Of a DNA stretch of 56,899 nt, positions 8,010-17,768 are shown piece by piece (the stretch's first letter is position 1; every line of letters starts with the position of its first letter). The position numbers and the translations under genes are program-made. The stretch spans positions 1 through 56,899 of the IMG/VR virus record IMGVR_UViG_3300010400_000024; one strand, given 5' to 3'. The DNA is from a virus. Lineage: Duplodnaviria > Caudoviricetes. Under the pieces are notes generated by a model that was given only the letters and a program-made list of their open reading frames with translations, was not told the DNA's origin and made no database searches.

Positions 8010-10205
8010 ATGACAATATCCACACCAGACAGAGCGATTAGAACGCAGTTCTTCGATTATCTCTTTGGTAATGCCGAAGGCTACCTATGCATAGCTACAC
8101 AACCGTCCAATGATAAGAAGCTTTTTAGGCAACACTTCTTTCACTGGCCTAACGAGAGAGAAAAACTTTCAGCTTTCCTTACAGAAAATGTAAGAAGAAA
8201 GAACGTATGGTTCTGTACTTCTCTTCTTACCAAGGAAGAACGTAAGAAAGAGTTTTGCCAACCTAGCAATCTTTTGTGGTCAGACTTGGATGCTTGCAAC
8301 CCGAAGATTGTAGAGCCTGCGCCTTCTTGTGTTATAGAGTCCTCTCCGTTGAGGTATCAAGCATTGTGGAGATTGGATAAACAACTTGAGCCTTTCCAGC
8401 AAGAGGACTATAACAAAAGAATAGCGTACAAATACAGTAGTAATGGCGCTGATCCTTCCGGCTGGGACTTAACACAGTTGTTAAGAGTCCCATTGACGTT
8501 CAACTATAAGTATGAACAGGAAGGTGTAGACGTACCTGAAGTTAAGCTTCTTCAGAGCTTAGAGGTACTAGTGCCCTCAGTCCTTTTTAGTGGTATCGAG
8601 AAGCCAGAGATTAAAGGCGAGCCTGATGACGTACCCTTGCCTGACATTGATAAGCTGCCTTCTGCCGATACGATCATCTACAAGTATATCCACAACTTGA
8701 GACGTACTGCGTTCTCAACGTTGTATACTGTTACGCCAGAAGCAGATGTAGATTGGTCAGCTATCCTATGGCGGCTGATTATGATCTGCATGGAAGCTGG
8801 TATGTCTAATGAGGAAGCTTTCGTTGTTGCCATCGACAGCGCGTGTAACAAGTACGCTAGGGATAACCGTCCTGTCAATCATCTTTGGCAGGATATCTTA
8901 AGGGCAGATGTTAGTCAGAAAAGGCTAACGCTTATAACGAAGCAATTTGACACACTGGTCATGCCAGAGCTAATCAGTGAGTCTGAGTATAACAATCTCG
9001 GCAAGGATTTCATTGACGAGTACAAAGATTGGGCACTTGAAGCTACTGATGCTGTGGAGCAGTACCATGAGTTAAGCGCCGCAATATTGCTATCAAGTGT
9101 AATCGCTGGTGGAGTGATGCTAGACACAAGTTATGGTGAAATGGTACCTAACCTTTGGGGGTTGGTTCTAGGTGATAGTACGCTTACGAGAAAAACTACG
9201 GCTATGCGTATGGCGATGGATATTGTCACTGACGTTGAGCGCGATATCATACTCGCAACTGACGGTAGCGCAGAAGGATTGCTTACGGGACTTAGCCAAC
9301 GCCCTCATCAAACCTCAATTTTCTACAAGGATGAAGTAAGTGGTTTTATTGATAGCATCAACAAGAAGGACTATCTGGCTGGTATGCCGGAAACCCTCAC
9401 TCAACTATACGATGTACCTAGACTTTACACTAGACGCCTCAGGAAAGAAACTATCGTTATCACAAGTCCGGTCTTTATCTTCTTTGGAGGCGGGATTAGA
9501 GATAAAGTCTATAGTCTCTTATCGGACGAGTATGTCCTATCGGGGTTCCTTCCTCGGTTTCTCGTTGTATCGGGCGAAGCCGATATTGGGCGTATTAGGA
9601 GGACTGGCCCTGCTACCACGGGTACGAATGAAAAACGTGCCAATCTTGTGGAAAAGATGAGATATCTTTATCAGCAGTATTCCGGTGTTACTACGATGGA
9701 AGTTGCTGGACAGTCAGTTGATATAGCGAAGCATGTTAACGCTAGACTTAGTGAGAAGGCTTGGGAACGTTATGGCAATATAGAGATGGCGATGGTCAAA
9801 GCTGCTAGTGAGTCACAAATCTCTATGATGGCACTACCAACCTTTGAACGTATGTCGAGAAGTCTTTTGAAGCTCTCGGTGTTAATTGCCGCGAGTAAAC
9901 GTGAGCCTGTTAACAACGAACTCGTTGTTGAATACAAGGAAGTGGCTAAAGCTGCTTACTACATTCAACGTTGGGGAGGCCATACTATCGACCTGCTCCA
10001 CAACTCCGGGAAAGGTATGGTGGAACGGACTATCGAGAAAATCCTTCGTACTATCCAAAAGCATCCAGATATCACTAGGAGTAAAGTGATGCAGTATCAC
10101 CATCTAACATCTAGAGAGGCGAACGATATCCTTACTACGCTTGATGACAGGGGAATGATTCACATGACTAAAGAAGGTCGCGGCATAAGGCTAAGAGCAG
10201 TATGA
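8010..10205 (+). CDS. RepB-like primase fused to DUF3987-like helicase domain
   Basis: LWSDLD, IESSPLRYQALW, LLRVP in N-terminus; VLGDSTLTRKTT, KDEVSG, SGFLPRF in C-terminus; terminal wHTH. Confidence 0.8.
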   Translation: MTISTPDRAIRTQFFDYLFGNAEGYLCIATQPSNDKKLFRQHFFHWPNEREKLSAFLTENVRRKNVWFCTSLLTKEERKKEFCQPSNLLWSDLDACNPKIVEPAPSCVIESSPLRYQALWRLDKQLEPFQQEDYNKRIAYKYSSNGADPSGWDLTQLLRVPLTFNYKYEQEGVDVPEVKLLQSLEVLVPSVLFSGIEKPEIKGEPDDVPLPDIDKLPSADTIIYKYIHNLRRTAFSTLYTVTPEADVDWSAILWRLIMICMEAGMSNEEAFVVAIDSACNKYARDNRPVNHLWQDILRADVSQKRLTLITKQFDTLVMPELISESEYNNLGKDFIDEYKDWALEATDAVEQYHELSAAILLSSVIAGGVMLDTSYGEMVPNLWGLVLGDSTLTRKTTAMRMAMDIVTDVERDIILATDGSAEGLLTGLSQRPHQTSIFYKDEVSGFIDSINKKDYLAGMPETLTQLYDVPRLYTRRLRKETIVITSPVFIFFGGGIRDKVYSLLSDEYVLSGFLPRFLVVSGEADIGRIRRTGPATTGTNEKRANLVEKMRYLYQQYSGVTTMEVAGQSVDIAKHVNARLSEKAWERYGNIEMAMVKAASESQISMMALPTFERMSRSLLKLSVLIAASKREPVNNELVVEYKEVAKAAYYIQRWGGHTIDLLHNSGKGMVERTIEKILRTIQKHPDITRSKVMQYHHLTSREANDILTTLDDRGMIHMTKEGRGIRLRAV

Positions 10206-10729
10206 CTAACGCACGTAAATCAAGGGAGAAGCATCGTATGGAAGAATCTAAGATTATTGACGAACAGTTTGAACAAGAGCGCATTGAAGCTATGCGAGCT
10301 AATTGGGAAGTCTACTCTTGTAGTGGTAATCAGAATCATTTGCCTTCGTGTGAAGGCTGCGAGGTAAAGAAACTTCTTCCTATAGAGATTGAGATTATCA
10401 AAGAACAGATGCGTTGGGAAGAACTTGGTATGACTCCACTAGGTAGTCCTCCACAGGTACCTCAAATTCCTGGCATTCCCACTGATAGCTTTAAGCTTTC
10501 TATCGCAGTATCAGCATTGAATAAGATGATCGTTGAGAAGCTAGGTTTGGATGAAGAAGAGTTGAACAATAAGTATCGTGAACTATTGCTAGAGAGACTA
10601 GTAACTATCAGAGAAGCAAACGAAGAAGAGATGATTGCTGCACAGCGCAGACAAGAAATTGCTGTAGCTGGTGCTGGAATTAGACCGCAACTAATCGTTC
10701 CCGAACACATCAAGAGGAAGATGCACTAA
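10202..10729 (+). CDS. hypothetical protein
   Basis: ORF coupled to neighbours. Confidence 0.6.
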   Translation: MTNARKSREKHRMEESKIIDEQFEQERIEAMRANWEVYSCSGNQNHLPSCEGCEVKKLLPIEIEIIKEQMRWEELGMTPLGSPPQVPQIPGIPTDSFKLSIAVSALNKMIVEKLGLDEEELNNKYRELLLERLVTIREANEEEMIAAQRRQEIAVAGAGIRPQLIVPEHIKRKMH

Positions 10730-10968
10730 TGAGCGTACATACCGCAAACTATGATGCCATCAAGAACGAGCTGAACATGCCTATGGGTGAACCTATCTTC
10801 ATCATTAGGGCACAAGATGATGCGTCACTAGCTACACTGGTTGACTACATGCAGCACGCTAAGAACAACGGGGCTGGTACTGAGTTTCTAGATGACGTAA
10901 GTGGAGTTATTTACAGCTTCGGTGATTGGCGTGCTAACAACGAATCTCGATGCAAGACACCCGACTGA
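10729..10968 (+). CDS. hypothetical phage protein
   Basis: EPIFIIRAQD motif; TAATG coupling. Confidence 0.6.
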   Translation: MSVHTANYDAIKNELNMPMGEPIFIIRAQDDASLATLVDYMQHAKNNGAGTEFLDDVSGVIYSFGDWRANNESRCKTPD

Positions 10969-11195
10969 TGGTTGAGGAAGTTAACCATCCAGAACATTAC
11001 GGTGGCGGAGATAACCCTTATGAGGTTATCAAGGTCATTCATGCACTTGGGTTGAACTTCAATCGTGGTAACGCTTTCAAGTATCTTGCTCGCGCTGGTA
11101 TCAAGAATCCAGCTACAGCAATAACAGATTTGCAGAAGGCTATCTTCTATCTCAACTATGAGCTAGAACTCTTGGAAGGGAAAAGAGAAGTCTAA
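10968..11195 (+). CDS. DUF3310 / T7 gp1.7-like nucleotide-kinase family protein
   Basis: VNHPEHY...GNAFKYLARAGIK...DLQKAIFYL. Confidence 0.8.
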   Translation: MVEEVNHPEHYGGGDNPYEVIKVIHALGLNFNRGNAFKYLARAGIKNPATAITDLQKAIFYLNYELELLEGKREV

Positions 11196-13531
11196 TGATG
11201 CGTAAACACCCACTAGCTAAGTGCGAAGAGTGCCCACTAGCTAAGAAGAAGATCGCTCCTACTAGTGGGCCTAAAGATGCTAAGTATGCGTTGGTTAGTC
11301 GTAGCCCTGGTAGGCACGATGTTAGTGATGGTTATCCATTTGCCGGCCCTAGTGGTAGAGTAGTTGATTACCTGCTTAAACAGAATGGACTTAAACGTGA
11401 AGAGATTATCACCACAAATGTCGTTTTATGTGAAACAGATGATCCACCTAAGGAAGCAATCGCAGCTTGCAAAGATCGTCTTACAAGTGAACTGCAAGCC
11501 GTTTCTACAATCATTGCAGCAGGCGCAGAAGCAGTTAAACTATTTACAGGCAAGACGATCGACAACGCTCGAGGTTTTGCTAACGAGCGTAACGGTAAGC
11601 GTATCATTGCTACTAACAATCCTGCACTAGTACTTCGTGATGCAGATAGCTTCCCTAATCTAGTAAAGGACTTTAAACGTGCGATCAACCCTCTTCCAAG
11701 GCCGGTACTTCCGAAGGTCACAATTATCCGCAACGTTGCACAAGCACAGAAGCTCCTTAAAGATTTGGTTGATAATCCGCCACCCTTACTTGCAGCAGAT
11801 ATCGAAGCAAGAGGCGGAACTTCTCATAGAGCTGAACTCGCGTGTATTGGATTCTCTGCAACTGGAGAAAGAGCACTCGTCTTTGGAGCAGAGGTTATCG
11901 GGGATTCAGCATGTTTTGAATTGCTCAAAACACTTCTTGAATCCAGAACAACTAAGTTCATATGGCACTTCGGAAAATACGACGTAAAGGCGTTGAGGTT
12001 TAATGAAATCAATGCTAGAATTGATCACGATAGTTACGCGCTTAGTATCGCCTGTGATGAAAGACCTGGTGTGCATAGTCTTGAGTATATGCTTATGGAT
12101 GAATTTGGTTGGCCTGATTACGAGCCTGAGTCAGTCAAGAAATTTAAAACGACAGGACAGATAAATGACCTCAATGAACTTTTCGAATACAACGGCTGGG
12201 ACGTTGCCGGAACCATGCAACTCTTCACTATGTTGCAACGCAGGGCTAAAGAGGACAAAGTCTATGAACTGTACGAAAATCACCTACTCCCTATCTATAG
12301 ATCATTCGTGGATATTGAGCTTCGTGGTTTTCATTACGACGTAGAAGAAGCTGCTAATCTCAGAGAAGCATATGTTATCCCTAAACTTTGGGAACTCAGG
12401 GATAAGCTTAGGCAAGTTGTAGGTCATGAGGGTTATAATCCTAACTCACCTAAGCAATCAGAAACGATCATTTATGATGAGTTGGGTCTTAAGCATCAGA
12501 TCAAGACGATGATGCAGGTTGACAAAACCCGCTCCACAGACCACTACATTCGGCTTGAAGTTATTGATGGTAGATTCAAGTGTAACCCTGGTAAGAGGGA
12601 GAAGCTTGTTGATTGGGCTACCAACATGGAGGTCTACAGCAAGATCAATAAGCAGAAAGGAACTTACATTGAAGGACTCATCCGTAAAGCTCTTGACGAT
12701 GGGAAAATCTACACAAGCTTCAAATTTGGAGCCGTCACTGGACGTACATCTAGTGAAAAACCGAATATTCAGAACATTACGCGGTCAGGGCATCATGGTA
12801 TCCCTTCCATGCGAACCCTCTTTAAGCCTAGTCCCGGTAACGTCATCGTTCAGGCCGATTACTCACAAGCAGAGCTAAGGTGTATCGCAAAGTTTAGTGG
12901 TGATCCTGAGTTGAACGCGATCTACATGGACAGCAGTAGAAGTCTGCATAAGGAACAGGCTCTAAGATTCTATGGAGAGGGTTATACCAAAGATCAGTAC
13001 GTGTACGCTAAGAGTATGAACTTCGGTATAACCTATGGTCAGGGGCCTGAGTTGTTTAGAGACTTGTACCAAGTACCTGTAGAAGATGCTGAAGGATACA
13101 TTGCTGCTTGGTGGGAACGATTCCCTGTTATCCTTGAATGGGTTGAAATGGTCAAGCAACAAGTAAAGACAGGGGTGGTGATAAACCCGTATGGACGAAA
13201 GCGAAGATTCCAGCTTATCACAAGAGAGAACAAATCAGCAGTTGAAAGACAAGCTGTTGATTTCCTACCACAATCTACTGCAAGCGACTTCACACTCGAA
13301 GCCGTTGTTGAACTCAACAAGCGTGGAGTACCAATCGTCGCGTCGGTACATGACAGTATCGTTGCAGATGTACCGGAGGATGAAGCGTATGATGTGGGGA
13401 GGATGATGAAGGAGGTTATGGAGCCTATACCTCGTAATCGTTTTGGATGGGAACTACCATTCCTCGTAGACGTAAGCATAGGTGAAAGTTGGGGAACAGT
13501 CGAAGAAGTAGAATTGGAGGTAGCTGCTTAG
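11195..13531 (+). CDS. polA: family A DNA polymerase with N-terminal family-4 UDG-like domain and 3'-5' exonuclease
   Basis: CEECPL..PFAGPSG..TNVVLC UDG-like; ADIE exo I; TGRTSS, ADYSQAELR (motif A), AKSMNFGITYG (B), VHDSIV (C). Confidence 0.95.
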   Translation: MMRKHPLAKCEECPLAKKKIAPTSGPKDAKYALVSRSPGRHDVSDGYPFAGPSGRVVDYLLKQNGLKREEIITTNVVLCETDDPPKEAIAACKDRLTSELQAVSTIIAAGAEAVKLFTGKTIDNARGFANERNGKRIIATNNPALVLRDADSFPNLVKDFKRAINPLPRPVLPKVTIIRNVAQAQKLLKDLVDNPPPLLAADIEARGGTSHRAELACIGFSATGERALVFGAEVIGDSACFELLKTLLESRTTKFIWHFGKYDVKALRFNEINARIDHDSYALSIACDERPGVHSLEYMLMDEFGWPDYEPESVKKFKTTGQINDLNELFEYNGWDVAGTMQLFTMLQRRAKEDKVYELYENHLLPIYRSFVDIELRGFHYDVEEAANLREAYVIPKLWELRDKLRQVVGHEGYNPNSPKQSETIIYDELGLKHQIKTMMQVDKTRSTDHYIRLEVIDGRFKCNPGKREKLVDWATNMEVYSKINKQKGTYIEGLIRKALDDGKIYTSFKFGAVTGRTSSEKPNIQNITRSGHHGIPSMRTLFKPSPGNVIVQADYSQAELRCIAKFSGDPELNAIYMDSSRSLHKEQALRFYGEGYTKDQYVYAKSMNFGITYGQGPELFRDLYQVPVEDAEGYIAAWWERFPVILEWVEMVKQQVKTGVVINPYGRKRRFQLITRENKSAVERQAVDFLPQSTASDFTLEAVVELNKRGVPIVASVHDSIVADVPEDEAYDVGRMMKEVMEPIPRNRFGWELPFLVDVSIGESWGTVEEVELEVAA

Positions 13532-13704
13532 TGGCTAAACGGATGCGTAGACTAAGGGCAGTACAAGTTTGGGACAGAGTAGGTCAGCGTTATATGTTGG
13601 TTGAGCAAAGTGGCTTTAAGGGGCATTACGGTAAAGAGTTGAAAGATCGTAGACGTAGGGGTTATCTAGCTAAACTAGCAAGGAGGAAGAACCGTGGCAA
13701 GTAA
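13531..13704 (+). CDS. small basic protein
   Basis: GGAGG RBS, GTG start; Arg/Lys-rich. Confidence 0.5.
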   Translation: MAKRMRRLRAVQVWDRVGQRYMLVEQSGFKGHYGKELKDRRRRGYLAKLARRKNRGK

Positions 13705-13969
13705 CAGTGTAAATACTGACCCCGGTATTGTTGAACGTTATGGTAACAGTCAGCTTACTCCATCAATTATCATCGGCTTTGATGCGGAAGGAGCTGAGTA
13801 TATCACTAGGAAAATTCTGGATAATAGTGGTGATTGGACGGCTTGGGAGCGTATCGGTGATTGGTGCTATGATCCTGATAAGTCGTATTATGCTGGTTTG
13901 GAGGGTTGTCCCTTTAAGCTGGATAACACAACGTCTGACGGCTCACCCGCAGCAGGGACGGATGGCTAA
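13694..13969 (+). CDS. hypothetical protein
   Basis: AGGAGG RBS. Confidence 0.55.
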   Translation: MASNSVNTDPGIVERYGNSQLTPSIIIGFDAEGAEYITRKILDNSGDWTAWERIGDWCYDPDKSYYAGLEGCPFKLDNTTSDGSPAAGTDG

Positions 13970-14080
13970 CGTCTTCAAAACCCCCTGCCGCTGCCCCGCT
14001 CCCGCGATCGTGCCGCAAAGAGGGAGGTACACCTTGCCCGAGGCTGAGAATCGCTCCTATGGATTACTAGAAAGCAATTT

Positions 14081-14566
14081 ATGGCTAACACTATAAAGGT
14101 TATCAGTATTGATCCTGGTGTTACCACAGGTTACGCAGTAGGTGTCATCACTGATGGCTACATGAAAGTGCGATGTGACCAACAGAAGTTTACTCACTTA
14201 GAGTTGAATGACTTTCTTGTAGGTAATCATCCAGATGTAGTCATATGCGAGAGGTTTGACTTCAGGAAGAAAGCAGTAGGAGTCAACCTTTATCCGGTTG
14301 AGATGATAGGTGTTGTTCACTTCTTCATCCAAGAACGTAAGCGTAGAGATTTACAAGTAGACTTGTATCTACAGAAACCAGCAGAGCAAGGTAGCAAGGC
14401 TTACTGGACGGACGCTAAGTTGAAAGAATTTGAAGTCTACGATAAAAGCCATGAACATGGTAGATCAGCTATGAAGCATTTACTGTACTGGTATACATTC
14501 GGTGCAGGCTTCCAATACAACAAGAAAGAGTTTGGGCCTTGGGATGAAACTAAGCAGAGCGTTTGA
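14081..14566 (+). CDS. RuvC-like Holliday junction resolvase
   Basis: ISIDPGVTTGYA, VVICERF, H-x-x-S/DA-x-x-H. Confidence 0.75.
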   Translation: MANTIKVISIDPGVTTGYAVGVITDGYMKVRCDQQKFTHLELNDFLVGNHPDVVICERFDFRKKAVGVNLYPVEMIGVVHFFIQERKRRDLQVDLYLQKPAEQGSKAYWTDAKLKEFEVYDKSHEHGRSAMKHLLYWYTFGAGFQYNKKEFGPWDETKQSV

Positions 14567-14696
14567 TATCTTAATGGAAGAAGTAGCGAGAATTCCAACA
14601 AGAGCGGATTACAACATTAATCACAATGACCTCTATATTGCTATCGAGGATACACAAAAAAGGATTAGGGCTGAAGAAGAGAAGGAGGAAGAATGA
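14543..14696 (+). CDS. hypothetical protein
   Basis: short ORF MKLSRAFDILMEE...; start approximate. Confidence 0.4.
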
Positions 14697-15640
14697 CTGA
14701 TTACTTTAAAGAGCCTGGGTTGTATACAGATCAGATTAATCCATTCCCGTTTGGTGATGGAGTTACTTGGCCTTATCTTAAAGAGAGTGGTTTTAAGTGG
14801 GCTAGCTTCCAATGCTACAATAGCCAGCTTTTCGCTGGTACAAAGGAATACGATCTAGCTGCTGTTAAAGCACATGGCTTTGAGAACGTAGGTGTGTGGG
14901 GAGTTATCTACTCACAGGCAGATTACTACAATGGTGGTAAGCAGATTGGTATGTCTGCTAAGAAGCAAGGCGCGCAGCATGTGATTATTGACGCTGAAGA
15001 GTGTCATAAGAACACTAGAGACTTGTCCAAAGGTGCAGAGATTATCAAAGGTCTGCGCGATGGTGGTTGGACTGGTGCAGTAGACTTGTCAACTCTAGGT
15101 AGTCCTAGCAATCCGATGATTAATGATTTTGCTATGGATACGAAGTCGTTTACTGATACTGGCGGCTCAATCCAGCCGCAAGACTATTGCAATGATTACG
15201 CAGAGTACACTCCTAAGAACTCTTCACTGTATTGGCCGAGAGTTGGAGTGCCTAAAAATCTGATTAACCATACTATCGGACTCTACCCAGGCAAGCTAGG
15301 TAAGATCACTGGACTACAGTGGGTAGACTTGTTGAAGCAAGCTGGTGTTGGTAGGAACTTCTCTGTCTATCAAGTCCAAGATACTACTAAGAAAGACTTT
15401 GATGCTTTGGCGGCTTACCTTAAGGAACTGTCCACAACACCAGTAGCTTACAACAGCACAATGGCTAAAGCTGATATGCTCTTTGCTGCACAGAAGTGGC
15501 TAAACGGTCAAGAGCCTAATCTACAGTTGTTCTCAAGGATTCGTCAAGCAAGAAGAATTCTTCTTACGACTGATCCTCAGTGGTCTACTCTTAGTAGTGA
15601 GGTAAAGACTCTTCTAGACGATAATGGTGTTAAGCAGTAG
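14693..15640 (+). CDS. putative glycoside hydrolase (TIM-barrel, GH25-like DxE motif)
   Basis: alternating beta/alpha pattern, VGVWG, HVIIDAEE, IQPQDY; AAGGAGG RBS. Confidence 0.5.
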   Translation: MTDYFKEPGLYTDQINPFPFGDGVTWPYLKESGFKWASFQCYNSQLFAGTKEYDLAAVKAHGFENVGVWGVIYSQADYYNGGKQIGMSAKKQGAQHVIIDAEECHKNTRDLSKGAEIIKGLRDGGWTGAVDLSTLGSPSNPMINDFAMDTKSFTDTGGSIQPQDYCNDYAEYTPKNSSLYWPRVGVPKNLINHTIGLYPGKLGKITGLQWVDLLKQAGVGRNFSVYQVQDTTKKDFDALAAYLKELSTTPVAYNSTMAKADMLFAAQKWLNGQEPNLQLFSRIRQARRILLTTDPQWSTLSSEVKTLLDDNGVKQ

Positions 15641-16108
15641 ATGCCAAGGAACGGCGAAGTTAAGATGGAGATACGTCAGTGGGATGGCGTATGGCAGAAA
15701 CGATGTACACTATGTCGTAAGTGGAAGCCGATTAAAGATGGGTTCTATACACGTAAGAGTTATCGTGTAAACAACTCATCTGTTCGGCTTCCACGACCAC
15801 AATGCAAAGTATGCACGAATAAGATAAGTGGACAGAAGAAGCATCCTGACCTAGAGCAGCATGGACTAGTTGAATACAGGAAAATCAGTAAGGTAGTCGA
15901 TGCTACGATTAAGCGAATTGGGCAGGCAGAGTTTGCAAGGAGAGCCAAGTACGCTTCTCCAAAGCTATGGGAGTTAAGAACAGGAAGGAGAACTAAGATT
16001 CACCGAATAACAGCTACTAGGCTTCTGCTAGTATGTCAAGATGTGATAGAGTCCGGTGAAGTTAAAACACATAACGAGATATGGCAAGGAACACGTTTAA
16101 CTAAATAG
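15641..16108 (+). CDS. zinc-finger plus HTH DNA-binding protein
   Basis: KRCTLCRKWKP...F...CKVC zinc motif; IGQAEFARRAK..LWELRTG XRE-like HTH. Confidence 0.55.
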   Translation: MPRNGEVKMEIRQWDGVWQKRCTLCRKWKPIKDGFYTRKSYRVNNSSVRLPRPQCKVCTNKISGQKKHPDLEQHGLVEYRKISKVVDATIKRIGQAEFARRAKYASPKLWELRTGRRTKIHRITATRLLLVCQDVIESGEVKTHNEIWQGTRLTK

Positions 16109-16110
16109 TA

Positions 16111-16155
16111 AAGGGGCACCTTTGACCCAGGAGAGAAAGTCGGCAGGTGCCCCTT
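16111..16155. terminator. hairpin between convergent operons (probable bidirectional terminator)
   Basis: AAGGGGCACCT/AGGTGCCCCTT 11-bp inverted repeat. Confidence 0.65.
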
Positions 16156-16172
16156 CTTAACCCCGTTAGAGG

Positions 16173-16451
16173 TTAAGGCGTGGAAACGTTAGTACCAGGC
16201 TGAACTACAACGTCCTCCGGTGTAGTGAATTCGCTAATGCTACTATCATCAGAGTGAGGTACTCCTGACTTGGCTTTACCTCTACTGGTGATGTAACTGC
16301 TCGCCAGAACTGCTTGCAAGATTGGCGCGAGCCAATTGTACTTTGTGGCGACAAGATCAAGAACACCTGATTCTTGTAGAACAAGTACAATCTGACCTAG
16401 AACCATAAGCCAGAACTCACTAGTAAGATAAAAGGCTTTGGTCTCTTTCAT
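16173..16451 (-). CDS. holin
   Basis: two TM segments, TSEFW and YITSRG-x-AK motifs; follows the endolysin. Confidence 0.7.
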   Translation of the reverse strand: MKETKAFYLTSEFWLMVLGQIVLVLQESGVLDLVATKYNWLAPILQAVLASSYITSRGKAKSGVPHSDDSSISEFTTPEDVVVQPGTNVSTP

Positions 16452-16455
16452 TTTC

Positions 16456-17193
16456 TTACCTCCCTACGTGGACGAATGCGATTACGTCTGATTTATTGCG
16501 TACTGTGTTCATAACCATCCCACCGTTGCTAAAGTTAGTGGGGCCGGTGTTACCTTCCCTACCATTAAACTTCGTCTTTGAATCAGAAGTCCAAGAACCG
16601 AAGAACCCAACGTGATCGGGAACACCATCGTTATCCCAATCAAACAGAGCGAGGTTGCCCTTCGTCGGATTGTAGGTAATAGCCAAGCTATTCCTACCAG
16701 CTCTCGCGTCGGCAAGGATATAAGGAACGTAAGCGTAAAACTTACCCCTCTTAAAAACCCTGCTACCTACACGGACTCCACAGTAACTACAGAACATAGC
16801 GCACCATGCTCCGATAACCCCGTACCACACACTGAACATACTTCTGTTAGAATTACGAGGATGCTCAGTCTGACCGATGTACTTACCTGCTTCTTTCCAT
16901 AGCTTCTCACCATACGAAGTTTTCTTAGCTACTCTACTTCGTTTGGTTGTCCTCAACCTCATTGCAACGTTTGGCTTCGTAACACCCTTGAGCAAGCTAT
17001 AGAGCATATCTCCTGCTACTTGGTCAGGCTTGCGATAACCGAGCCAGTATTTTGCTCTATAGACCGCCCTTGCAGTATCAGGGCCAAACTCACCATCAGG
17101 TTTACCCTGTAGATAGCCATGCCTCTTCAACTGATTTTGCAACGCTCTTACGTGTGGCCCTTTAGTATGCGGGCTTACTAACGTCAGTTTCAT
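16456..17193 (-). CDS. endolysin: peptidoglycan-binding domain plus CHAP amidase
   Basis: GPHVRALQNQL..DGEFGPDT PG-binding; AWCAMFCS and DHVGF, EGNT CHAP motifs. Confidence 0.9.
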   Translation of the reverse strand: MKLTLVSPHTKGPHVRALQNQLKRHGYLQGKPDGEFGPDTARAVYRAKYWLGYRKPDQVAGDMLYSLLKGVTKPNVAMRLRTTKRSRVAKKTSYGEKLWKEAGKYIGQTEHPRNSNRSMFSVWYGVIGAWCAMFCSYCGVRVGSRVFKRGKFYAYVPYILADARAGRNSLAITYNPTKGNLALFDWDNDGVPDHVGFFGSWTSDSKTKFNGREGNTGPTNFSNGGMVMNTVRNKSDVIAFVHVGR

Positions 17194-17605
17194 GCGTATC
17201 TCCTGCTCTCCTGTCTCGTTTACCTTCTTCCTCATGGATCATTTCAATTAATAGATTTCTCCTCTTTTCGATGACAATACAACCGAACGTAAGTACAAAG
17301 TTAATCATGAGAAATGCTACCGTAATAATGATCGAGACTGTTGTTACTGGTGCGTTCGGATTTGCAGGTTTTGCCGCCATTGCAGCAAGTCCTGATACAA
17401 TAAATCCGAACTCTACAAATGTAAACAAGAAGTAGGTATAGACGGTTATGATTGCTGAGTATTCACGAATGCCATTTATTTGATTTCTTCTCAGAACACT
17501 AACATCACCCAATGCTCGTCTGAGAAGTCTGATTGCGTACCAGAAACCAGGAATGGATGCTAGAGTCCAAACCAGTTCTGTTACGCTAATTGTATCTGGA
17601 AGCAT
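17162..17605 (-). CDS. membrane protein (3 TM), lysis module
   Basis: hydrophobic segments; position next to the endolysin. Confidence 0.6.
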   Translation of the reverse strand: MLPDTISVTELVWTLASIPGFWYAIRLLRRALGDVSVLRRNQINGIREYSAIITVYTYFLFTFVEFGFIVSGLAAMAAKPANPNAPVTTVSIIITVAFLMINFVLTFGCIVIEKRRNLLIEMIHEEEGKRDRRAGDTHETDVSKPAY

Positions 17606-17606
17606 T

Positions 17607-17768
17607 TTATTTCCTTGTCATGTTGTCTAGCTCTATTTGGATACGCTTCAGATGTGCATCTATATCTTTGCGTTCGTCCACTTCTTGCTCAGCACGTCTT
17701 ATACTGCGTTTGTTCTGCTCAACAGCCTCGTCTATTTCTTCCTTCATAGTTTTCTTTTTACGGAGCAT
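17607..17768 (-). CDS. small coiled-coil protein
   Basis: MLRKKKTMKEEIDEAVEQNKRS...; likely start downstream of the ORF-track start. Confidence 0.45.
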   Translation of the reverse strand: MLRKKKTMKEEIDEAVEQNKRSIRRAEQEVDERKDIDAHLKRIQIELDNMTRK

